Program-made: the position numbers and the translations under genes
Source: Caldisphaera sp.
Lineage (GTDB): Archaea; Thermoproteota; Thermoprotei_A; Sulfolobales; Acidilobaceae
Assembly (NCBI GenBank): GCA_049971805.1
Contig: JBMFKU010000026.1
Location: 1-16,934, forward strand
Reading direction: 5' to 3'
DNA: 16,934 nucleotides
In this document: positions 7,674 to 15,614 of the stretch, piece after piece
How positions within the stretch are numbered: the first letter of the stretch is position 1
How the letters are laid out: the number at the start of each line of letters is the position of its first letter
The notes under the pieces: generated by a model
What the model was told of the DNA's origin: nothing
The model's database searches: none
The model's input: only the letters and a program-made list of their open reading frames with translations

Positions 7674-7736
7674 ATGATGAGGCCTCGCATCGCAGAGTGA
7701 ATGAAGATTGAAAATGATTAAGGGTGCAAGCTCTGA
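7674..7736 (+). ncRNA. C/D box methylation-guide sRNA; D guide predicted to target U34 of tRNA-Ala(UGC)
   Basis: C box ATGATGA (7674-7680), 12-nt guide GGCCTCGCATCG, D' CAGA (7693-7696), C' ATGATTA (7714-7720), 12-nt guide AGGGTGCAAGCT, D CTGA (7733-7736). Confidence 0.8.
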
Positions 7737-8022
7737 AGTAGCTAGGAAGGAAATAGCAAGCATAGTAGATAATTTGTTTAAATATTATTATGATTTTTTT
7801 AGCAATAATGAAGTTTTAAATAGTGATGGAATAAGATTATATAAAAGAATTTCTTATTATTTATATTTGTTAGATGACAAACTAGCCATAAGCTATTATA
7901 AGGAATCTTTAAGGGATCCTAGCTTAGAAAATGTATTAAAATTTTCTAATCTTTTTTTGAATGATTTGGACGATAAATTAAAGATATATATTTATGGAGA
8001 ATTTTATAAGATTAAAAAATAA
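7708..8022 (+). CDS. Hypothetical protein (about 100 aa); 5' end overlaps the C/D sRNA, start uncertain (TTG 7708 or ATG 7714)
   Basis: Open frame with host-like composition, converging on 8034. No motif recognised. Confidence 0.65.
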   Translation: MKMIKGASSEVARKEIASIVDNLFKYYYDFFSNNEVLNSDGIRLYKRISYYLYLLDDKLAISYYKESLRDPSLENVLKFSNLFLNDLDDKLKIYIYGEFYKIKK

Positions 8023-8033
8023 AGATTAGAAAT

Positions 8034-8804
8034 TTATATTGTTCTAATAGCAGTTAAGTTGAATAAAAGATAGTTGGCCGAGCTCATGCTAAGCATTAGT
8101 TGTGTTGCTACAGGTAAGCCATTAATATAAACTATTGCAGCGCTCATGGTTAAAGGAAATTTAATTGCAGAACTCAAAGTTGTAGTAGATGGTGTTATGC
8201 TCAAATCAATTCCTTTATAGTTTCTACCAAAAAATGGTATATCAACAAAACCCAAGTTTATACTTGCATAAGGAGAAGAGGTTTGAGGTTGGCCTTGAGA
8301 AACCAATTTCCAGTTAACTCCATATTCGCTACCTATATAATAAATTGCATATAATGGTCCAATACCGGGAAACGGTTCAAGAGTTGTTGTACCTGTATAT
8401 GGATTTGAGAATGGAAAAGCACTAGAATAAAATGCATAATAATAAGTTGAATTTATGGGTATTGTTTCATTGCCCATTACTGAATAAAGGCTTACTAGAC
8501 CTGAAGTATTGTATTTATATGTAACTTCTTCCATCACATAATTATTGGTAGAGTTATATAAAATAGCTGTTCCATTGTTATATGTAATATTGTTATATAA
8601 TATAACATACATATTTCCCATACTTGGTGAATAGATTTTATATTGAAGATAAGATACCTTGCTTAGAACATCATAAATTGATGGTTGTGGATAAAGTGCT
8701 TTTAGAGGTTTGGCATATGATGAGTATGTATATAATCCTATGCCTGCTGATACTAAAGTAGCTGAAAACAATATTATCATAATAACAGTCGCTTTCGAGA
8801 CCAT
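8034..8804 (-). CDS. Membrane-anchored or secreted surface protein, probably glycosylated
   Basis: Likely start MVSKATVIMIILFSATLVSAGIGLY (ATG 8804, SD-like GGGTGA) gives an N-terminal hydrophobic helix. The rest is S/T/Y/N-rich with seven N-x-S/T sequons. Confidence 0.8.
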   Translation of the reverse strand: MVSKATVIMIILFSATLVSAGIGLYTYSSYAKPLKALYPQPSIYDVLSKVSYLQYKIYSPSMGNMYVILYNNITYNNGTAILYNSTNNYVMEEVTYKYNTSGLVSLYSVMGNETIPINSTYYYAFYSSAFPFSNPYTGTTTLEPFPGIGPLYAIYYIGSEYGVNWKLVSQGQPQTSSPYASINLGFVDIPFFGRNYKGIDLSITPSTTTLSSAIKFPLTMSAAIVYINGLPVATQLMLSMSSANYLLFNLTAIRTI

Positions 8805-8893
8805 TTTTTCACCCAGTTTTATGCACTTATTTCTAGAGTTCAAAATAGAATTTAAATACACATTTATTCAGGATAAATTGTAGGTGTTGCAGA

Positions 8894-9154
8894 GTGACTA
8901 TAGGACTAGCCAGAGGAGTTAATGCATTAGGTCATGTAGGTTGGATCACAGTTAGATGTCGTATTTGTGGAAGATATTTAGATTTATCTGGTCAAAAACC
9001 TGGGGCTAGACATGAAGAGGTAGTATATGCCTGCCCTAAATGCATGAAAACTTTAGAGGCTTATTTTTGTGCTGCCGATGCAAAGAAGCTGGGCTATCGC
9101 TGCCCATACTGTGGTACTCAGCTAACTATAGTAACGCCTCTTATAAAAGAATAA
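8894..9154 (+). CDS. Small Cys-rich zinc-finger-like protein
   Basis: CRIC, CPKC, FCAAD and CPYC motifs. SD AGGTG precedes the GTG start. Confidence 0.8.
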   Translation: MTIGLARGVNALGHVGWITVRCRICGRYLDLSGQKPGARHEEVVYACPKCMKTLEAYFCAADAKKLGYRCPYCGTQLTIVTPLIKE

Positions 9155-9189
9155 TTTTATTTAATTTTAATTGTGCATTGGTGTAAGTT

Positions 9190-9525
9190 TTGATTGAAAC
9201 TTTTGATTTGGGTGAAGGAAAAAAAGGGATAAAAATAGTTAATGATAAAAATATTATATATTCAATGGATTGCTATGAGGCTATTGATAAAAATAGTTTT
9301 AATATAAACAATTGTTCTTCAAGTATCTCATTAAAAGATATAACATTATGCTACACTAAGCTAAACGATCAATGTGTTGCATCATTAATTTTAACTAAGA
9401 ACTCTATAGAGATAATTTCCTTTAGATACTTTATTTCAAAAAATATAGATAGCTATAATGTTGATATAAATCAGATATATCGTAGTTGTATGGAGATGGC
9501 TAATAAATTAACATATAAAGTATAA
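9190..9525 (+). CDS. Hypothetical protein
   Basis: TTG start with SD-like GGTG, co-oriented 35 bp after the Zn-finger gene. Five Cys residues. Confidence 0.65.
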   Translation: MIETFDLGEGKKGIKIVNDKNIIYSMDCYEAIDKNSFNINNCSSSISLKDITLCYTKLNDQCVASLILTKNSIEIISFRYFISKNIDSYNVDINQIYRSCMEMANKLTYKV

Positions 9526-9623
9526 TTTTTTAACAATCTCTTTAAGCAATTATAAAATAGCAATTATAAAAAATAAAGCAAAGCTCTTAAATTCTTGTCA
9601 CTAAAATTATACATGCAAGCCGG

Positions 9624-9728
9624 CCCGCCGTAGCTCAGCGGTAGAGCGCCCGGCTGTAGTGAGACAAGGCAGTATCGGCCTTCTTAGCCGATACCGGGTG
9701 GTCCGGGGTTCAATTCCCCGCGGCGGGA
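9624..9728 (+). tRNA. tRNA-Tyr(GUA) with a 33-nt intron at 37/38 (9660-9692); CCA not encoded
   Basis: CCCGCCG TA GCTC AGCGGTA GAGC G CCCGG CTGTAG [intron] A CCGGG TGGTC CGGGG TTCAATT CCCCG CGGCGGG A. C1-G72 and A73 are archaeal Tyr identity elements. Confidence 0.95.
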
Positions 9729-9871
9729 TCACCCCCTCTAACAAAGGTGCAGGACTTCTGTTGTTTTAACCAATAAGGCTATTGTTAAATTCCTGTATTT
9801 GCTTAAAATAGCTATAAGACAGCTAATAAAATATAATACTATGAACTAAAATTAATTTTTAGAAAGTTAGA

Positions 9872-10447
9872 TTACACTAGTGTTTTAACCATTACATAGG
9901 CATCTTCTCCATCCCTATAATACTCATTTATTATCCTTACTTCTTCAAATCCGTATTTTTTATAGAGATTTATTGCTTCATTATTTGAAACTCTAACCTC
10001 TAAATAAACTGCTCCCACGTTATAATTTAATTTCATTCTATTTATTGCTTCATTTAAAAGCATTGAGCCAATTCCTTTTTTTCTGTATTCAGGCAGAACA
10101 GCTATCGAAATTACATGGCCAACTCTATGCGTTTCTGAAAACGCATTTTTTATAGTTGAGACCAGTTCTTCTATTCCTTTTTTCCTTTCTTTCGGTGTTA
10201 GCTCATTCTCTTTGCCAAAGAGAACTGGATCTCTAGTATCTTCTATTCTGTTCATTATATAACCAACAACCTTGTTGTTTACCTCAGCTACCAGAAAAAT
10301 ATTCCCCCATCTATCAAGGACAAACTTATAAAATCCATACCAATAATTTTCAGGCAAACTTCTCATATTTACTTCCATTACATCTGGTATATCATCCTCC
10401 TTGGCTTCTTTTATTTTTATTTGTATATTGGCGTTTTTATCTTGCAT
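9872..10447 (-). CDS. ard1: N-terminal protein acetyltransferase (Ard1/RimI GNAT family)
   Basis: SLPENY, VVGYIMNRIE, GHVISIAVLPEYRKKGIG, VYLEVRVSN..AINLYKKYGF and YYRDGEDAYVM. Confidence 0.92.
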   Translation of the reverse strand: MQDKNANIQIKIKEAKEDDIPDVMEVNMRSLPENYWYGFYKFVLDRWGNIFLVAEVNNKVVGYIMNRIEDTRDPVLFGKENELTPKERKKGIEELVSTIKNAFSETHRVGHVISIAVLPEYRKKGIGSMLLNEAINRMKLNYNVGAVYLEVRVSNNEAINLYKKYGFEEVRIINEYYRDGEDAYVMVKTLV

Positions 10448-10671
10448 TTTATTCGCCTAGTTATGGTTTTTTAAAAAAGACGTATAAAACTTCATGTTTA
10501 ATAAAAATATAGTTTGGAAAAGTATGTTTGAGAATTGAATATATAACTTAGATGCAATAGAACCAATTTGGAATGGAAATTTGTGATAAACTAAAAATAA
10601 ACTTACCCTTAGAACTTTTAAGATGTCGGCTATTCTTGATCTAGAAGTTTTTTGAGAAATAATATGTAAAT

Positions 10672-11739
10672 TTAGGGTATGACCTCTGTAGAATCAAGAG
10701 TTGGATCGTAATATAAATCATTTATATCAATAACTTTATCCTTTATTAACTCATCTATTTTAGGTATAATAGATAATACGTATTTTATATATTGTTTATT
10801 AACATCATCTACAATTTCAAAACCTTCTTTATCCCAATAAGGTTCCATATAGGCATATAGACATCTCCCCCCACAATATCTCTTAAATTCACAATTTTTG
10901 CAAACATCTGGTAAAGGATCTTGCATCAATTTATACCCGCTATTAACATTACCTAGTACAGACCATTGCTCTCTTACAGCTATTGGACAGGCCAAAATTC
11001 TTCCATCAGATGATACTGTAATTGATTTATATCCAGCACCACAAGGAGAACCTATATATCCGCTAAAATAGTGCGCACTTAATAAGCCTAAAATAGGTAT
11101 AATTTTTATTAATTTTCCTTTCATTGCTTGTCCTAAAAAATAGTTTATTAATTTCTTTAATCCTGGCAAATAGTTTTCATACGCCCACTCCTTAAAATTC
11201 CAAGGTTTAGACCAAATTACATTTAATTGCCAATGGATCTTATCAAATATTTTTAGATCAATTAAATGCATTACATCTAAATAAATGTCTGTATCTTTAG
11301 TTGCTGTCATTCTAGCTATGGTCTCTATTTTGTTATTAATTTCTTTTAGATATGTAGCACTTTTAATTACATTATCATAAACCCCTTTACCTCTATGTTT
11401 ATCAGTTATCTCTTTTCTACCATCTATAGAAAGAAGGGCTACATTTATTTTCTTCCAATAATAATTTGGCAAATTCTTAATTAGTAGACCATTTGTTTGA
11501 ATGCCAAATCTTTTTGCATTAATGTTGTTTAATACATCAATAATGAATTTGGGGTTTAATAGAGGTTCTCCACCATAAAAAATTATTATTGGATTGTTGT
11601 CCTTCTCTATTAATTTTTTTAATTTATTTATATCATAATTAATTTTCCATGGAACTATGTTATTTGGAAAAGATCCTCCACAATAATCACATTTAAGGTT
11701 GCATTGACCAGTTGCGGTTAATATCCACAGCATCCTCAT
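10672..11739 (-). CDS. Radical SAM/SPASM domain protein (AF0577/TIGR04084-like)
   Basis: [30 protein letters not shown] Cys motifs [12 protein letters not shown] and [14 protein letters not shown]. Confidence 0.88.
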   Translation of the reverse strand: MRMLWILTATGQCNLKCDYCGGSFPNNIVPWKINYDINKLKKLIEKDNNPIIIFYGGEPLLNPKFIIDVLNNINAKRFGIQTNGLLIKNLPNYYWKKINVALLSIDGRKEITDKHRGKGVYDNVIKSATYLKEINNKIETIARMTATKDTDIYLDVMHLIDLKIFDKIHWQLNVIWSKPWNFKEWAYENYLPGLKKLINYFLGQAMKGKLIKIIPILGLLSAHYFSGYIGSPCGAGYKSITVSSDGRILACPIAVREQWSVLGNVNSGYKLMQDPLPDVCKNCEFKRYCGGRCLYAYMEPYWDKEGFEIVDDVNKQYIKYVLSIIPKIDELIKDKVIDINDLYYDPTLDSTEVIP

Positions 11740-11785
11740 TTTCCCTGCTATAACTTTAGTAATTAGTAAAAAGCTTTAATAAAAA

Positions 11786-11859
11786 TGGACCGGCCGGGAT
11801 TTGAACCCGGGGCCTCTCGGGTGCAAGCCGAGCGCTCTTCCAGTCTGAGCTACCGGCCC
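11786..11859 (-). tRNA. tRNA-Ala(UGC); CCA not encoded
   Basis: GGGCCGG TA GCTC AGACTGGAA GAGC G CTCGG CTTGCAC CCGAG AGGCC CCGGG TTCAAAT CCCGG CCGGTCC A. G3-U70 identity pair, followed by a T-run, with TTTTTAAG TATA upstream. Confidence 0.97.
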
Positions 11860-11942
11860 ACGCAATAAATTAATTATATCTAGGGACTTAAAAACAATTT
11901 TGTATTTTTATTTTCTCATAAATATAAAAAGTGTTTGATTTT

Positions 11943-12230
11943 ATTTTATAAAATAAATGGCAAGCCTCATCTTTTAAGGCGGGGTAAAGTTTTAAGGTTT
12001 GTTTTAAAAATAATTAGATATGAATAGCCATCAAGGGTATTCTTCACAATATGAGGTAGGCCTCTACTCGTTACCAAATTAAAGAAAAAGGAGGGTGAGA
12101 TTTCTCCCTCAGGTCAAATAAAGATGAGGAGTTGGTAACTTTGCTCTCACATAGGGAGGAATCAGAGTAGCTCCTATAGGTAACCTCAAGATTCGGTAAC
12201 ACTAACCCATCAGGGCAGGAAAGAGATCAG
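11943..12230 (+). mobile_element. Non-autonomous IS200/IS605-family element (SMN1/PATE-like), copy 1
   Basis: Left-end hairpin CAAG-CCTCATCTTTTAAGGCGGGG (11961-11984). Degenerate right-end hairpin ACTAACCCATCAGGGCAGG-AAAGAGA-TCAG ends at 12230. No transposase ORF. The first 159 bp are identical to 16776-16934. Confidence 0.8.
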
Positions 12231-12239
12231 CTAAGCAAA

Positions 12240-12508
12240 ATGAGTATAGCGAGAAAGAGGAAAGTTTGCTTTATGCTAGGGTTTGTTTAAATATAAGTAA
12301 GAAAGTAGACTAAAATAAGTACTTGCAGGAGCAGTTAAGGATTATGATGAGATAATTATCGATGTTGACTCCAAGATAAATACAAAGAGAAAGGACTCCT
12401 TCTAAATCTGCTAAAGATGGTTTTAAATAATAAGGCGTCAAAGATAGTTATAGTTTATCCATATGTTATAGAAGTAGTGAAATAAATAAGATCCCACAAC
12501 AATTAATA
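12240..12508 (+). pseudogene. IS607-family TnpA (serine recombinase) remnant with frameshifts, stops and a deletion
   Basis: Across frames it reads MSIARKRKV / LYARVCLNISKKVD*NKYLQE / VKDYDEIIIDVDSKINTKRK / GLLLNLLKMVLNNKASKIVIVYP..VIEVVK* / KIPQQLI. This is colinear with the Sulfolobales IS607 TnpA pattern RKRKVILYARVS..KYLEEQVKEYD..ITDIGSGLNMKRKGFLKLL.MILNNEVSKV..AYP (recalled, not searched). Confidence 0.8.
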
Positions 12509-12541
12509 ACCTTAAAATTTACTATAATTTTGGTGAATGTG

Positions 12542-12973
12542 ATGAGTAACAACGAAAAGGTGCTAAAGGATTACGAAAAATTATTGAGTAGGGTATACGA
12601 AAAAATACCTCCTAAGAGCGGTAGTGCTGATTTACAGATACCAGAACCTCAAATTATAAGAGTAGGAACGCAAACTGTTATCAAAAATTTCAGAGAAATA
12701 TCGCAAAAGCTTAAAAGAGAACCTGATATGGTTTCAAGATATTTATTAAAAGAACTTGCATCAGCAGGCTCTTATGACAATAATTCTGGTCAGTTGTTGT
12801 TAAATGTGAAGGTTTCTAGAAAAGTTATTGAACAACTATTAGATATTTTTGTAAAATCATATTTAAGATGTCCAACATGCGGTAGTATAGATACTAAAAT
12901 AGAACATAGAGGAAAGGTTTGGGTTTTAGTTTGTGAGGCATGCGGAGCAGAGCAACCTGTTAAACCTTTTTAG
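12542..12973 (+). CDS. eif2b: Translation initiation factor aIF-2 beta subunit
   Basis: YEKLLSRVYEKIP, TVIKNFREI..KLKREP, YLLKELAS and the Zn ribbon CPTCGSIDT..CEACGA. ATG 12542 follows SD GGTGA. Confidence 0.95.
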   Translation: MSNNEKVLKDYEKLLSRVYEKIPPKSGSADLQIPEPQIIRVGTQTVIKNFREISQKLKREPDMVSRYLLKELASAGSYDNNSGQLLLNVKVSRKVIEQLLDIFVKSYLRCPTCGSIDTKIEHRGKVWVLVCEACGAEQPVKPF

Positions 12974-13115
12974 ACCAATAAATTTTTCTAATGTATTTTC
13001 AAGTTAAATAAAACTATAAATATTTTATATAATTAAAATTTATTATAGGAAACCTAAATAAGTTTTTAACTATTTCTCTATATAGATAATTAAGTGATCT
13101 TAAAGTAATTCATAG

Positions 13116-14429
13116 GTGGGAAGCTTGTCTAATTTGCCTACAAGATTTGATGTTATTGTAGTAGGAGCAGGCCCAGCAGGCTCATCGGCAGCCTATTTGC
13201 TTGCGAAAAAGGGCTTTAAAGTACTCTTAATAGAAAGGGGTAGAGAAATAGGCGACAAAAATCTATATGGTGGTAGGGTTTATGCTCCTCCTATAAGAGA
13301 GATATGGCCTGAGTTAGATAAAGAAGCACCTATTCAAAGATGGGTTACAAAAGAAAGAATAAGCATAATAGATGGTGAAAGGGCTATAACAATAGAGTAT
13401 AAAGCAAATAAAAGAATAAGCTTTGTTTCATATCTTACTCAACTTGCACAATGGATGGCTAAAAAAGCTGAAGGTTCAGGAGCTCTCCTTGTTACTGAAG
13501 TTACGATTGATGAAATTGTGATGAAAGATAATAAAGTTGTTGGAGTAAAGAGCGGACCTGATACAATAGAAGCAGATGTTGTAATTGATGCCGAGGGTGT
13601 AAATAGACTACTTTTGGAAAGACTAGGTTTAGTAGAAAGGCTTAAACCAGATAACATAGCACTAGGAGTTAAGGAAGTATTAAAAACTGATGCTAATAAT
13701 ATAGAGAAAAGTTTTGGTTTAAGCCAAGACGAAGGACTAGCATGGGTTATTGTGGGCAGTATAACCAAAGGGATTCCTGGCGGAGGATTTATATATACAA
13801 ATAAAGATTCTATTAGCATGGGATTGGTTTTACATTTAAAGAACGCAATAGATCCAATAATTAATGGTAAATTTAATGAACATGTATCAAAATTAGTGGA
13901 GGAGTTTAGATTCCATCCATATTTTAAACCTTATTGGAAAGATGCGATAATTTCTGAGTATGGAGCGCATTTGACTATAGAGGGACCATATAATTTTAAG
14001 CCTGATAGATTTGCATATCCAGGTCTTTTGATTGTTGGCGATGCCGCAGGTTTGTTGTTATCAACAGGGTATACATTTAGGGGAGTTGATTATGCAGTAT
14101 ATAGTGGTAAATTAGCAGCAGAAGCTGTAGAATATGCAAGAAATAATGGAGGAATTAATTATGAGAACTTAGAAGTATATGACAAAAACGTAAGAAGAAG
14201 CTTTATGTATGAAGAAATCCTTCGCCATAGAGGAGCTGAAGAATTGATGAATTCTCCTGAGTTAATGATTAAATATCCAACAATTTTAACTAGGGTTATG
14301 GAAAAATTGTTTGAGGGAGAATATAAGCAGGAAACTATTTACGATGCTTTGATGCAGGCTCTTAAAGAAGAAGGTATAGGGCCATTTAATTTTATATCTC
14401 AAGCCTTTGGGATGGTGAAGGGAATATGA
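13116..14429 (+). CDS. fixC: ETF:quinone oxidoreductase FixC/EtfC (FAD-dependent)
   Basis: FDVIVVGAGPAG, ERG..IGDKNLYGG, DAEGVN, ALGVKE, GGGFIYTNKDSISMG and LIVGDAAG. Operon context with fixX and the etf genes. Confidence 0.9.
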   Translation: MGSLSNLPTRFDVIVVGAGPAGSSAAYLLAKKGFKVLLIERGREIGDKNLYGGRVYAPPIREIWPELDKEAPIQRWVTKERISIIDGERAITIEYKANKRISFVSYLTQLAQWMAKKAEGSGALLVTEVTIDEIVMKDNKVVGVKSGPDTIEADVVIDAEGVNRLLLERLGLVERLKPDNIALGVKEVLKTDANNIEKSFGLSQDEGLAWVIVGSITKGIPGGGFIYTNKDSISMGLVLHLKNAIDPIINGKFNEHVSKLVEEFRFHPYFKPYWKDAIISEYGAHLTIEGPYNFKPDRFAYPGLLIVGDAAGLLLSTGYTFRGVDYAVYSGKLAAEAVEYARNNGGINYENLEVYDKNVRRSFMYEEILRHRGAEELMNSPELMIKYPTILTRVMEKLFEGEYKQETIYDALMQALKEEGIGPFNFISQAFGMVKGI

Positions 14430-14752
14430 GCACAGCTGCAGTTCAAAAGGACCCTAATGCAGTAAAGAAAGAGGAAATTCCTATGAAATTAGAAGATATA
14501 TTGCAAAGCAATATATGGGATGTAGATGAGGATCCTCATATAATTGTAGACTATAATAAATGCCAAAAGTGTTTAGTGAAACCCTGCATATACCTTTGCC
14601 CAGCGGGTTGCTTTGCAGAAGCTGGTAATGGAATAGTCTTTAGCTATGAAGGTTGCGTGGAATGCGGTACTTGTAGAGTAATTTGTCCATTAGAAGCAAT
14701 AACATGGAACTACCCAAAAAATGGGAAGGGTATATTGTATAGATTTACTTGA
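14426..14752 (+). CDS. fixX: Ferredoxin-like protein FixX/EtfX
   Basis: PHI, CQKC..PCIYLCPAGC, GCVECGTCRVICP and W.YP..GKGI.YRF. ATGA overlap with fixC. Confidence 0.92.
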   Translation: MSTAAVQKDPNAVKKEEIPMKLEDILQSNIWDVDEDPHIIVDYNKCQKCLVKPCIYLCPAGCFAEAGNGIVFSYEGCVECGTCRVICPLEAITWNYPKNGKGILYRFT

Positions 14753-14765
14753 TGGGGTGAACAAA

Positions 14766-15614
14766 ATGAGAATAGTTGTAGGTATTAAATGGGTTCCTGC
14801 CACAACTTCGGTAAGAACTGATCCAAAAACAGGAACTTTAATAAGAGAAGGTGTACCAAGCGTAGTAAATCCACATGATATGCCTGCTGTAGAATTGGCA
14901 TTGCAGCTTAAAGATACTTATGGAGGCGAAGTTATAGCAATGACCATGTGTCCTCCATCCGCATTAAAGGGGCTAGAACACCTTATAGGAATGGGTGTCG
15001 ATAAGGCGATCCTTATTTCAGATAGAGTCTATGCAAGGGCAGATACATTAGCAACAAGTTATGTTCTTGCAAAGGCGATAGAAAAAATAGATAAGGATAT
15101 TGGAAAAGTTGATATTGTAATCTTTGGTCAGGAAACTATAGACTCAAGTACTGCTAATATAGGTGCTCAAACAGCAAGCTGGTTGGATTGGCCCTATATA
15201 TATTATGTACAAAATGCTAAGCTAGTTGATACAAATAAATTAGTTGTTGAAAGAATTTTAGAAAATGCTATCGAAGATTGGGAACTAGATTTACCAGCAA
15301 TAATAGCAACTCATATGAAGGCATTAAAGCCAAGATCAGTAAGATTAATAAATAAGATAAGATTCAAAACGCAGAATCCAATAATTATATGGACGAACAA
15401 TGAATTAAAATTGGATCCAAGGTGTGTGGGATTAAAAGGATCTCCTACAATAGTTGATAAAACTGTTGATGTACCAGAGGTTCCTAGAAAGAAAATCGTA
15501 TATAGTCCAAAAAATGGAGAAGATGCAGCAAAATGGATAATAAAAACTGTATTGAGTGATGAGAAAGCTTCAAGGACATTTCTTAAATATTTAAGTGAAG
15601 GGGGTGCACAATGA
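14766..15614 (+). CDS. fixA: Electron transfer flavoprotein beta subunit (FixA/EtfB)
   Basis: MRIVVGIKWVP, TGTLIREGV..VVNPHD, SDR.YARADTLATS, GQETIDSST and GLKGSPT. True start is ATG 14766 after SD GGGGTGA. Confidence 0.93.
   Translation: MRIVVGIKWVPATTSVRTDPKTGTLIREGVPSVVNPHDMPAVELALQLKDTYGGEVIAMTMCPPSALKGLEHLIGMGVDKAILISDRVYARADTLATSYVLAKAIEKIDKDIGKVDIVIFGQETIDSSTANIGAQTASWLDWPYIYYVQNAKLVDTNKLVVERILENAIEDWELDLPAIIATHMKALKPRSVRLINKIRFKTQNPIIIWTNNELKLDPRCVGLKGSPTIVDKTVDVPEVPRKKIVYSPKNGEDAAKWIIKTVLSDEKASRTFLKYLSEGGAQ

Noticed and set aside
10480-10660. Intergenic stretch with short broken frames (e.g. MEICDKLKINLPLELLRCRLFLI)
   Set aside because: No recognisable family or structure, so a pseudogene call cannot be supported.
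12020-12082. 20-codon ORF MNSHQGYSSQYEVGLYSLPN inside the repeated element
   Set aside because: Too short and unlike TnpA or TnpB; the region is better explained by RNA helices.
12344-12350. ATGATGA C-box-like motif
   Set aside because: No properly spaced D'/C'/D boxes; it lies within the IS607 pseudogene (codons Y-D-E).
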